From: a virus
IMG/VR virus record: IMGVR_UViG_3300037499_000265
Location: 63,506 to 127,505 of that record
Direction: 5' to 3' (one strand)
DNA: 64,000 nucleotides
The notes beneath the pieces are model-generated. The model saw only the letters and a program-made list of their open reading frames with translations, was not told the DNA's origin and made no database searches. Made by a program: the position numbers and the translations under genes. This document shows positions 44,030 to 52,838 of the stretch, piece after piece (the stretch's first letter is position 1; every line of letters starts with the position of its first letter).

Positions 44030-44137
44030 ACGATCTTGCTCAAGATCGTCTGGAACGGATGGAACAGCAGACACTGATTACCCCAAGAACGACGCGCGCA
44101 CACGAGGAACCACATATCTGCTGTTCCATCCGTTCCA
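44030..44137. repeat. Inverted repeats between converging replication genes (candidate origin)
   Basis: 9-bp ACGATCTTG/CAAGATCGT (44030-44049) and a perfect 21-bp TGGAACGGATGGAACAGCAGA (44051-44071) / reverse complement (44117-44137). Confidence 0.8.
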
Positions 44138-44156
44138 AGCGGCACGTTTTCGCAGG

Positions 44157-46859
44157 TCAGAAGGGGTTGTCAGGGTCGATTCGGACATCAGCGTTCATCT
44201 CAGAACTGGCCCCTGAAAAGCCCACTCCCCACCATGCTCTGTACCTACCTGGCACGGCTGATAAGTGAGTCCATGTCTCATCTGCAGATGGTCGGGAAAG
44301 TACCCCTACGCCCTTTTGGTCGTGTCGTACGTTCATCTGCTCGACACGATGGTTCCGGAACATGTCGTGACCCGTCAGCCGGGAGGCAATCAGCTTGGCC
44401 GACCATGGCTTGTGACCATGTGACTCCAGCCACGAGTTCAGGTCCAGGATCAGGTCGCCGGCCATCGTGTGACGATCCTTTCCGAACTCCAGACGATCAT
44501 CGATGTACGCCAACACCTGATCCGACTCCCGCTGCCACTCCCTGGTGTCCGCCTCGACTCGCACCGGCACCGTCGGCATCACCCGCCGCGCCGCGTACCA
44601 CCGCATCGCCCCTTGCACCATCCACGCCAGCGCCGCCTCTCGCTGCCCGTCCAGGCCCGCCGCCAGCCGGTCCCGCAACCTGGGATCGCCGACACGGTCG
44701 AGCTCCGATTCCAGCGGCTCCCCGGGCTTCCGGTAGATGTACGGGAACGTCACCAGGGCCAGCCGACGCCAGGTGCCGTGGTCGGTCTCCTCGATCGAGG
44801 GCTTGTAGTTCGTGCTCAGAAACACCGAGTGTGTCGCGGCGAAGGTCACCGAGTCCTTCCGGATGTACCGGGCCGTCACGTGCGGCGTCCCCAGTATCTT
44901 CTTCAGCCGCTGCACGTTCAGTCGGCGAGCCTCCGGAGTTTCCTCCACCAACGCGACCCGTGTCCCCCGCAGGTCCATCAGCTCGGTCGGGTGGTCACCC
45001 GGGTTCGCCATCAGCACCCGATCGCTCAACAGCCGGTAGTAGTCCCCGAGCGCGCCGCCGATTCCCACGAAGATGCCCGTCTTGCCGTTCTCGCCAGCGC
45101 CGTACTGAACGACCAGTTTGTCGTCTGGCACCATGTGGCCGGTGATTGCCTGTCCGTAGCGGACGGCCATCCAGTCCCGCACGTCGTCCGGGATGGACTC
45201 CAGCGCCTTGTCCCAGTCCGGATGCCGGAAGCCCGCCCGGTACTCCGCGACCGTCATCTTGGTCATCAGCAGCTCGGAGTCGTGATCCCTGATCTCGCCG
45301 GTCTGCAGGTCCACCACACCGTTCGAGCAGTTCAGCAGGTCCGGATGCTGATCGAAATCCGTCGTCTCCTTCTCCACGATCCCTCGTGTCAGCAGGACCA
45401 CATCCTTCTGCCGTCGCGCCGAGGTGAGCACCGCCTTCCAGCCCTTGTGCTTCGGCCCGTCCAGATCACCCCGCCTCACCCGCTCAGCCAGCTTCGCTCG
45501 AGCCCACCGCCCGACCATCTCCAGCACTCGCTCCTCCGGGCACGTCTTCCACCGCTTGCCGTTCCAGGCCAGCCATCCGAGCCCTTGGGTCCAGCAGAAC
45601 CCCCCCGCGCACACGTTCAACGCGAAGCTCTCCGCCAACCAGCGGTCGGTGAAGCCCCCACGGTCCCAGTCTCCCGGCGAGATGGCGTCTCCCATCTCGA
45701 CCGTGTCACCGTTGCCACCTTCACCCCCGTTACTATCGCCATTCTCACCGTTTTCACCGCTGCCGCCGTCAGGATCACTCTCATCGGCCTTGACCGCTTC
45801 GAGCTCGTCGTCGGTGAGCACCTTGCCCGGCCCGAACGGGTCTTTCGGATCGCTGCGCACCTTGGCCGGCTCATCGCAGGCGCACACCGTCTCCATTGCC
45901 CGCTCCCGAGCGAGCTTCATCATCAGTCCACCACGGGCGAATCGTCGCCACTCGCCCTCCGCGGTCGTCCTCGCCCGCGAGTCCGCCACACCGGCGATGT
46001 ACGCCTTCCGTCCTGCCTTCAGCACCTCTGGCACGCCTCGATGCCCTTGATAGGCGGCCTCGATCAGCGCCAGCACGTCGTTGCGCACGTGATCGTACGC
46101 ACTGCCGTACTCTCGCCCGGCGGACGCCTCGATCCTTGTCTCCAGCCGTTCGACGTATCGACATGCTGGCCCGTCTCGCGCCTCTCGCATGAACTCCCTG
46201 ACCGCATCCGAGGACGCCAGTCCCGTCTCACCCTCGACCTTGCCCGTTCCGATCTTCCCGATCGCTTGCAGCCCGTCGACCCATGACGTCGGCAGGTCCG
46301 GCAGATCCTGAACCCGTGGGATCTCCCCGTCCTCCCACTCGTACATCCGTCCTTCCGGGTGCATGCTGGGCCAGGTGATCGCGTACCGGTGGAAGTACTG
46401 CACGATCTCGATGCCGGGACCTGCCACGCCGGGGAATCGCTCCCCGGCGGGCACTCGGTAGAACCTGATTCCGCTGAGCCCGTCGAATCCTCTGGACGAG
46501 GACCGCGGCGCAGTCGGCAGTTCTCCGAACGTCTCGATCAGCATCTCGAGTGTCTCGCCGCCGTGCTTGTCGCCGTAGTCGTCGACGTCGATCCCGATGA
46601 CGTCGTCGCTCATCCGCAGCACGATGTTGTACCGACGTCCGGCCGCAGATGCGTTCTCGATCTTGTGCTCGATCTGCTCGTCGGTCGGGTACTTGCCGTT
46701 GTACCCGGTGTACCCGGCGGGCGGGTTGCCTTTGGCTCGATATGGCGCGAACAGCGTTCCCTTCCAGCCTGCCGCTCGATACTCCGGCGCCAGCGAGAAC
46801 GGGTCGACGTCGACCTCGTCCACCGTCGTCTCAGTGCTGTTGTCGATCTCGTCGCTCAT
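44157..46859 (-). CDS. Bifunctional primase-polymerase fused to a D5/P4-like SF3 helicase
   Basis: N-terminal VIGIDVDDYGDKHGG...RFYRVP...YAITWPSMHP. C-terminal YGAGENGKT, ALVEETPE, LSTNYKP, TWRRL. Confidence 0.9.
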   Translation of the reverse strand: MSDEIDNSTETTVDEVDVDPFSLAPEYRAAGWKGTLFAPYRAKGNPPAGYTGYNGKYPTDEQIEHKIENASAAGRRYNIVLRMSDDVIGIDVDDYGDKHGGETLEMLIETFGELPTAPRSSSRGFDGLSGIRFYRVPAGERFPGVAGPGIEIVQYFHRYAITWPSMHPEGRMYEWEDGEIPRVQDLPDLPTSWVDGLQAIGKIGTGKVEGETGLASSDAVREFMREARDGPACRYVERLETRIEASAGREYGSAYDHVRNDVLALIEAAYQGHRGVPEVLKAGRKAYIAGVADSRARTTAEGEWRRFARGGLMMKLARERAMETVCACDEPAKVRSDPKDPFGPGKVLTDDELEAVKADESDPDGGSGENGENGDSNGGEGGNGDTVEMGDAISPGDWDRGGFTDRWLAESFALNVCAGGFCWTQGLGWLAWNGKRWKTCPEERVLEMVGRWARAKLAERVRRGDLDGPKHKGWKAVLTSARRQKDVVLLTRGIVEKETTDFDQHPDLLNCSNGVVDLQTGEIRDHDSELLMTKMTVAEYRAGFRHPDWDKALESIPDDVRDWMAVRYGQAITGHMVPDDKLVVQYGAGENGKTGIFVGIGGALGDYYRLLSDRVLMANPGDHPTELMDLRGTRVALVEETPEARRLNVQRLKKILGTPHVTARYIRKDSVTFAATHSVFLSTNYKPSIEETDHGTWRRLALVTFPYIYRKPGEPLESELDRVGDPRLRDRLAAGLDGQREAALAWMVQGAMRWYAARRVMPTVPVRVEADTREWQRESDQVLAYIDDRLEFGKDRHTMAGDLILDLNSWLESHGHKPWSAKLIASRLTGHDMFRNHRVEQMNVRHDQKGVGVLSRPSADETWTHLSAVPGRYRAWWGVGFSGASSEMNADVRIDPDNPF

Positions 46860-46882
46860 GATCGAACTCCCCTCCGGTTCGA

Positions 46883-47116
46883 TCAACTGTCTAGCAGCGC
46901 TATGATCCGTTTCTTCGCTTCCCTACTCAACGGTGGACTGGCGTCTAGCTGGTCTCTGATCGCCTGAGCGATGTTCGCCTCGGCCAGATCCACCCTGGCC
47001 TCGGCCGCCTGGATCGAGTCGATCCCATGGTTCCGGACTGCCATCCCGTAGCGTCCCCTGGCGCTCGCCGGCGAGAGTGTGACTTCTGGGTTACGTCGGT
47101 TCATGACACTGAGCAT
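46883..47116 (-). CDS. phiRv1 Rv1584c-like small protein
   Basis: ASARGRYG...ARVDLAEANIAQAI...PPLSREAKKRIIALL; GGGGAG RBS. Confidence 0.6.
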   Translation of the reverse strand: MLSVMNRRNPEVTLSPASARGRYGMAVRNHGIDSIQAAEARVDLAEANIAQAIRDQLDASPPLSREAKKRIIALLDS

Positions 47117-47257
47117 GAGGCACTCCCCATAGAGGATGAATGATCCGTGTTTGTCAGTCAAGCGCTGACTGCAAGACGTGAGGCGCCACGCTACCCCTTC
47201 CTCGCATGCTCGGCAACCGACACACGCCGTCCCCAACGAACCCACATCGATCTCAAA

Positions 47258-47285
47258 TTGACATCTCACCGATACGCACTACAGT
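47258..47285 (+). promoter_or_regulatory. Promoter TTGACA-N16-TACAGT giving a near-leaderless mRNA
   Basis: A GTG start lies 8 nt after the -10 element with no RBS. Confidence 0.65.
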
Positions 47286-47293
47286 GGTTCGCT

Positions 47294-47449
47294 GTGAAGA
47301 CAACGAGTGTACGGCTCCCAGACGACCTGTACGAACAGGTAGCCAAGTTGGCGGCCGACGAACGCCGCAGCCTCAGCTCACAGATCATCGTGTTGATCGA
47401 GGCAGGACTGAACGCCATCGAGCAGGCAGGCGAAGCGACCGATGCCTGA
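47294..47449 (+). CDS. Arc/ribbon-helix-helix DNA-binding protein
   Basis: MKTTSVRLPDDLYEQVAKLAADERRSLSSQIIVLIE. Confidence 0.8.
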   Translation: MKTTSVRLPDDLYEQVAKLAADERRSLSSQIIVLIEAGLNAIEQAGEATDA

Positions 47450-49328
47450 TCCTGTCGATCCTCGCGGGTCGCGCCTGTTTAGTTTGCAAGATCGTGTCTA
47501 TATGTACGAGGTACAAGACGGTCTCTGTACATGGTGCGGCCAGTCTCTTCAGGACGACTCACAAGCTGATCATCGCATCCGCTGGGCTGATGACGGCCCT
47601 ACCGACGTGTGGAATGGTCAACTTCTGCATCCAGAATGTCACAGACAGAAAGAGCGTGTAATGACGAACCTTCGCCAATGGCAGACCGAGTTTCTCACCG
47701 TCTTTGAGCGTCACGGTAAGCAACATTTCTTGCTCGTTGCTCCCCCGGGCGTCGGGAAGACTCGCGGTTGCACGGCCGCATTCGAACGTTGGACGGCTAA
47801 GCCTAGGCGCAACCCGCTGTGCATCGGCGTTTCACCCTCCATCCAGATCATCCGCGGATGGGCGAAGGAGGTAGCCCCGCTTGGGAAGACTGGAGTCATT
47901 GGACTGAACCCTCGAGAACGGAAGATAGAGACATCAGGCGGGAGGCTTGATTTACTTCCAGTGAGCGTAAGTCCGCCAGATGACTTGCGTTACTGGCTTC
48001 TCACCTACGGTTCACTCCTTAGCAGAGCTAAGGCATTCGATACGATCTGCCAGAAACGCGACGTCTTTGTCATCCTTGATGAACCACATCACGCCGAAGG
48101 CGGCGACGACCCAGGTGCATGGGGTAAGGCTGCTGCAACCGCGTTCGATCGTGCCGACAAGATCCTGATGCCGACAGCAACCCCGTGGAAAACGCCGGGA
48201 ACACCGCTCCCATTCATCGATTACGACGATGAAGGTCAAGCTCAGGCGGATTACCGCGTCCATCGTTGGCAAGCGATTGAGGCCGGTTGGATTCGACCTT
48301 TGAATTTCGAATATCTCGATGCAGACGTTGGCTGGCAGAATGTCGAGTCTGGGGACTCGTTCAGCAGTCGTGTTTCAGAAAAGGGGATGCTGGGCGACAA
48401 AGCACTCAGCACAGCGATCAGGAAAGATGACTATATCCTCGATGCATTACGTCGAGGAATGAGTCAGATGGAGCACCAACATCGTCAAGGCTTGGATACT
48501 ACGATGATCGTTATCGCTGATGACGTGATGAAGTACCACGCCAAACAGGTGGAAAAAGTTGCCAATCGTGAATGGCCTAGTGAAGCCGTACGGGCTACAG
48601 GTGACGATCCGAATGCTCACACGGTCATCGATAGGTTCCGGGAGCGGAAATCGCGTGCTCGGATCTTGATCACCGTAGGTATGGCCGGCGAGGGGTGCGA
48701 CATCCCGCATCTTGGCGTCCTTGTCTGGCTCACCGCACGTCGGACCTACCTGTTCTTCGTCCAGGCCACTGGTCGCATAATACGCAAGTCTTCCGAAGAA
48801 CCGCGCGCTCATGCAGCCGTCATCCTACCCAACCATCCAGACCTGCTCGAGGCGGCAGCGAAGCTCAAAGATGAGGAAGTCCCTCCGCTGAGAAAACCCG
48901 AGAAGCCCGGTGAACGGGATTGGACGCCGCCAGAACAGCAGACGTACGAATCGTGGGTCGATAATGTACATGTCGCGTCGTTCGCGGACGAGAGCCGCGA
49001 CATCAAGGTCGATTCAAAGATTGATCGACTCGCTACTGCCCATCATGTTCCTACCAGTGTCGTCTATGACATCCTCCAGGAGAAAGTGCCACCGCCGCCA
49101 CCAGAAAGAGCACGAAAGACCGGTGACGCTGTTGCCATGCGTGAGAGGATCAACGCGAACCTCAAGTTCTACGCCATGAACAACGGTCGCGACTTCCCAG
49201 GTGCTCACAACAAGGCAAAGGATAAGGCCGGTATCGGCCGTGGTCGGACCTTGGAGAGCTTGACCAACGACGAATTGGACCGACTCTTGAGTGCCTCTGA
49301 AGAGATGCGAGAGGAAGCGACGCCATGA
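47442..49328 (+). CDS. HNH nuclease fused to an SF2 (ResIII/DEAD-like) helicase
   Basis: CTWC..ADHRIRWADDGPTDVWNGQLLHPECH; APPGVGKT; ILDEPHH; PTATP; GMAGEGCDIP; VQATGRIIR. Confidence 0.85.
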   Translation: MPDPVDPRGSRLFSLQDRVYMYEVQDGLCTWCGQSLQDDSQADHRIRWADDGPTDVWNGQLLHPECHRQKERVMTNLRQWQTEFLTVFERHGKQHFLLVAPPGVGKTRGCTAAFERWTAKPRRNPLCIGVSPSIQIIRGWAKEVAPLGKTGVIGLNPRERKIETSGGRLDLLPVSVSPPDDLRYWLLTYGSLLSRAKAFDTICQKRDVFVILDEPHHAEGGDDPGAWGKAAATAFDRADKILMPTATPWKTPGTPLPFIDYDDEGQAQADYRVHRWQAIEAGWIRPLNFEYLDADVGWQNVESGDSFSSRVSEKGMLGDKALSTAIRKDDYILDALRRGMSQMEHQHRQGLDTTMIVIADDVMKYHAKQVEKVANREWPSEAVRATGDDPNAHTVIDRFRERKSRARILITVGMAGEGCDIPHLGVLVWLTARRTYLFFVQATGRIIRKSSEEPRAHAAVILPNHPDLLEAAAKLKDEEVPPLRKPEKPGERDWTPPEQQTYESWVDNVHVASFADESRDIKVDSKIDRLATAHHVPTSVVYDILQEKVPPPPPERARKTGDAVAMRERINANLKFYAMNNGRDFPGAHNKAKDKAGIGRGRTLESLTNDELDRLLSASEEMREEATP

Positions 49329-49936
49329 GTACGATGCCTATTCACGATGTCACTGATCCTCAAGAAATTGGACGGTACGTATACCAGGCCAAGAATGCCG
49401 TTCAGGCTGCCGATCCGGAAGCTCTGCTCGACGCCGTCGGTGTCCTGCTCCAGCACGACAACTGGAAGCGCTGGGTAGATCCCTACAGTGGTGACGAGTA
49501 CACCTGGCGAGACTTCCGTAAGTTCGTGGAGGAGCGGTTGTCGACCACGGTCGAACGCCTGATCGGAGCGCTGTCAGCAGCGCCGGGGCTACGGCAGGAA
49601 ATCGAGGATCTGGCGAGCGTAGGTCGGGGCGGAGACCGACGCAGCGAGGATTTCAAACAGAACAATGTACCGTTTGAAAAAGCCACAGGTAACAACGCCT
49701 CAAAGGACATGCGTCGTCTCGGTCGCGACCGGCCCGATCTTGCTGCCCGGGTCGACGACGGTGAACTGACCGTGAACGCCGCGATGATTCAGGCCAAATT
49801 TCGTCATCCCACCGTCAGCGTCCCTGTGAACCGTCCCGATTCAGCGGCTCGCACGTTGCGTAAGCGCATGACGCCTGATGATCTGGCACGTCTTGTCGAA
49901 CTGTTACAGCTCAAAAACGAGACTGAATCAACATGA
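49325..49936 (+). CDS. DNA-binding protein with a GGDRRS motif
   Basis: GRGGDRRS...RRLGRDRPDLAARVDDGELTVNAA. Confidence 0.65.
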   Translation: MSTMPIHDVTDPQEIGRYVYQAKNAVQAADPEALLDAVGVLLQHDNWKRWVDPYSGDEYTWRDFRKFVEERLSTTVERLIGALSAAPGLRQEIEDLASVGRGGDRRSEDFKQNNVPFEKATGNNASKDMRRLGRDRPDLAARVDDGELTVNAAMIQAKFRHPTVSVPVNRPDSAARTLRKRMTPDDLARLVELLQLKNETEST

Positions 49937-50118
49937 CTACCGTGCCGTACCCAGATGAGATCAGCCGCGCCGAGGCTGAGTGGATACTGGACGAGGGAGC
50001 GCGTCGTTGGCTCGGGATGTCCGGCGAGGAGTTTGCTCGCCGGCACGATCGCGGAGATCTGCCTAGGTCAGCAATGGTCGAACACCTGAGCGATCTTCTC
50101 GACCTTTCTAGGCAGTAG
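49933..50118 (+). CDS. Small helical hypothetical protein
   Basis: Coupled; ARRWLGMSGEEFARRHDRG. Confidence 0.55.
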   Translation: MTTVPYPDEISRAEAEWILDEGARRWLGMSGEEFARRHDRGDLPRSAMVEHLSDLLDLSRQ

Positions 50119-50123
50119 GGTAG

Positions 50124-50152
50124 TTGACACACCGCCGATCCTCTGATACTGT
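50124..50152 (+). promoter_or_regulatory. Promoter TTGACA-N17-TACTGT
   Basis: Family consensus, followed by an ANGTR hairpin and an AAGGAGG RBS. Confidence 0.85.
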
Positions 50153-50184
50153 CGTCTCATCGGACGTACCGAAGGAGGGCGACA

Positions 50185-50643
50185 ATGAAGATCAGGTGTG
50201 GTAGCTGCAAGGGGCGACACGAGACGGTCGATCAGGTCCGCGACTGTTATCAGGGCAAGGCGCCGCAGGCCGCCGCCTACTCCCCGGCGGACAAGTCGAA
50301 GCTAGCCCGCCAGCTCGGCGAGAAGCTCCCCGACCTGCCCCACGCGCGCTACGCGGTCGAGATCGACGACGAGCTGAGGTTCTACCAGATCGACAAGCCG
50401 ACCGAAGGCAAGTGGGCCGGCCGCACGTTCGTCAACGTCCAGGCCAGCGACGACCGGCATCCGATCAGGAACATCGACTCGCAGATCAAGATCCTCGCAG
50501 TCATCACTGTAGACCCGACCGAAGCGCTCAAACGTTACGGTCGGGAGATCGGCGAGTGCGGACACTGCCATCGAACGCTCACTAACCCCGAGTCCCGGCA
50601 GTACGGCGTTGGTCCCATTTGTCGACAAAAGTTAGGTTGGTGA
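50185..50643 (+). CDS. DUF6011-like Zn-finger protein
   Basis: CGHCHRTLTNPESRQYGVGPIC. Confidence 0.8.
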   Translation: MKIRCGSCKGRHETVDQVRDCYQGKAPQAAAYSPADKSKLARQLGEKLPDLPHARYAVEIDDELRFYQIDKPTEGKWAGRTFVNVQASDDRHPIRNIDSQIKILAVITVDPTEALKRYGREIGECGHCHRTLTNPESRQYGVGPICRQKLGW

Positions 50644-50649
50644 TACGAC

Positions 50650-52761
50650 GTGGAACAAATCAGCAAGAAGCTCATGAACTGGGCGTCCATCCTGGAGCCG
50701 AACACCCGCGAGCAGGCCGAGCGGACCGCCAGCATGCCGTTCATCCACCCGCACCTGGCGCTCATGCCGGATGCTCATCTCGGCAAGGGCGCCACAGTCG
50801 GCTCAGTGATCCCGACGCTCGGCGCGATCATTCCCGCCGCAGTCGGCGTGGACATCGGCTGCGTCGATGCCGACACCGAGTTCCTGTCTCCAACCGGATG
50901 GAAGCGCATAGCCGACTACGCCGGTGAGCCGGTCATGGGATACGACCCTGCCTCCGGCCTGGGCGAGTTCGTTCAGCCGTTGCAGTTCGTCAAGCGGCCG
51001 TCCTCGGGGTTCTGGCACTTCAAGACGAAGTACGGGATCGACCAGAAACTCAGTCCTGATCACCGTGTGCTCGGATACAAGATCGTGGGCCGTGATCGCC
51101 GTCGAGAGCAGGTCGTGGTCAGTGCTGCCGAGTTGGCCAAGAAGCACGCCTGGCTAAAGCTCGGAGCCAAGTTCGAGTTCATCACGACGTTCACTCCTCT
51201 CCGAAGTGTCAGCCTGCCACTGACCGATCCTGAGATCCGCGTGATGGTCATGGTGATGGCGGATGGAGCCTTCAACTCACACCGTGAGCATTCCACGCGC
51301 GTCACCCTGCGTTTCAAGAAGGAGCGGAAGATCGCTCGCTCGGTTGAACTTCTGGATGCGGCTGCCATCGAGTACTCCAAGCGCCAGACGTCGGACGGTG
51401 CGACCGCAATCTCATTCGACGCGCCGATGCGGACCAAGACCTACCAGGATTTCTGGAACGCCAGCCTGGACCAGATCACAGTGATCGCTGATGAAGTGCT
51501 GCACTGGGATGGTCATCTGCCTGACCGTGTGTTCTTCACGCGTGACGAGCGGTCTGCCGACTTCATCCAGTACGTCTTCACGGCGACCGGTCGACGCGCT
51601 GTGAAGCGCGCAGACGTCCATCCGGACGGGAAGACTGACTACCGGGTATTCGCTCATGAACGCATCGCAGTCGGCCTAGCTGGTGCGCCCAAGTCGCCTG
51701 TCCAGTGGGTCGAGTCCACGGACGGACACGAGTACTGTTTCACGATGCCAAGCGGCTTCTGGGTCATGCGTCGCGGCGGCAACGTGGTCATGACAGGGAA
51801 CTGCGGCATGATCGCTGTACGGACGCAGTACGTCCTAGGCGACCTCGACGGGCTGGACCGATCGGCGCTGCGGGAGTCGATCGAGCAGGCCATCCCGCTC
51901 TCGGCCGGCAACTACAACCAACACGTGACGAACAGCGCCGAACCTCGAGTGGTCGCGTTGGCGGACGACGCGAGGAAGGCCAGGTTCGATCCGACGAGCT
52001 ACGCGGGCAACTGGGACCTCCAACTCGGCACGCTCGGCTCCGGCAACCACTTCATCGAGGTCACCGTCGACGAGAGTGATCAGGTGTGGCTGTTCCTGCA
52101 CTCCGGATCGCGAGGCATCGGCAACAAGATCGCGCAGCGGCACATCAAGATCGCCAAGAGCCTGTGCGAGAAGTGGTGGATCCCCCTGCCCGATCCCGAT
52201 CTGGCCTACCTGGTCGAGGGCACCGACGAGTTCTGGACCTACATCCGAGAACTCCGGTGGGCGCAGAAGTTCGCCCTGTACAACCGCGAGGAGATGATGG
52301 ACCGGGTCGTGCAGTGCTTCGAGGAGTGGCTCGGCAACGACGTCGACGAGCGCGAGCGGATCAACTGCCACCACAACTTCACTCAGAAGGAACGCCACTG
52401 GGGCAAGGATGTGTGGGTGTCTCGGAAGGGTGCGATCTCGGCCAAGACCGGTGAGCTGGGCCTGATCCCAGGCTCGATGGGCACCGCGTCTTATGTGGTC
52501 GAAGGGCTCGGCAACCGGCTGTCGCTCGACTCGAGTCCACACGGCGCCGGCCGGAACTACTCCCGCTCGAAGGCGCGCAAGGCGTTCACTCACGATCAGC
52601 TCCGCGAGCGCATGGCAGGGATCGAGTGGCGGGACTCCGAAGCGTTCCTGGACGAGATCCCGGACGCCTACAAGCCGGTGGAACAGGTGATGGCCGACGC
52701 GATCGACCTCGTCAACACCAAGCACGTCTTGCACCAGATCATTAACGTAAAAGGGGAGTAG
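50650..52761 (+). CDS. rtcB: RtcB RNA ligase interrupted by an intein
   Basis: MPDAHLGKGATVG, AVGVDIG|CGM, LGTLGSGNHFIE, LHSGSRG, HHN, RKGA, IPGSMG, SPHGAGR, DEIPDAYK. Confidence 0.95.
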   Translation: MEQISKKLMNWASILEPNTREQAERTASMPFIHPHLALMPDAHLGKGATVGSVIPTLGAIIPAAVGVDIGCVDADTEFLSPTGWKRIADYAGEPVMGYDPASGLGEFVQPLQFVKRPSSGFWHFKTKYGIDQKLSPDHRVLGYKIVGRDRRREQVVVSAAELAKKHAWLKLGAKFEFITTFTPLRSVSLPLTDPEIRVMVMVMADGAFNSHREHSTRVTLRFKKERKIARSVELLDAAAIEYSKRQTSDGATAISFDAPMRTKTYQDFWNASLDQITVIADEVLHWDGHLPDRVFFTRDERSADFIQYVFTATGRRAVKRADVHPDGKTDYRVFAHERIAVGLAGAPKSPVQWVESTDGHEYCFTMPSGFWVMRRGGNVVMTGNCGMIAVRTQYVLGDLDGLDRSALRESIEQAIPLSAGNYNQHVTNSAEPRVVALADDARKARFDPTSYAGNWDLQLGTLGSGNHFIEVTVDESDQVWLFLHSGSRGIGNKIAQRHIKIAKSLCEKWWIPLPDPDLAYLVEGTDEFWTYIRELRWAQKFALYNREEMMDRVVQCFEEWLGNDVDERERINCHHNFTQKERHWGKDVWVSRKGAISAKTGELGLIPGSMGTASYVVEGLGNRLSLDSSPHGAGRNYSRSKARKAFTHDQLRERMAGIEWRDSEAFLDEIPDAYKPVEQVMADAIDLVNTKHVLHQIINVKGE
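50860..51801 (+). mobile_element. 314-aa intein with a LAGLIDADG-type homing endonuclease
   Basis: Starts CVDADTEFLSPTGW and ends YCFTMPSGFWVMRRGGNVVMTGN before Cys+1. Internal VMVMADGAF and VLHWDGH blocks. Confidence 0.92.
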
Positions 52762-52769
52762 ACGTCTTC

Positions 52770-52798
52770 TTGACACATCGCCGTACCTCCGATACTGT
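52770..52798 (+). promoter_or_regulatory. Promoter TTGACA-N17-TACTGT
   Basis: Family consensus. Confidence 0.8.
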
Positions 52799-52838
52799 TT
52801 GTCATAGCAGATCGAACGAAGCGAATGAGGAGGCATCG

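Noticed and set aside
49933-50118. Toxin-antitoxin pair
   Set aside because: The small ORF looks antitoxin-like, but no recognisable toxin lies next to it.
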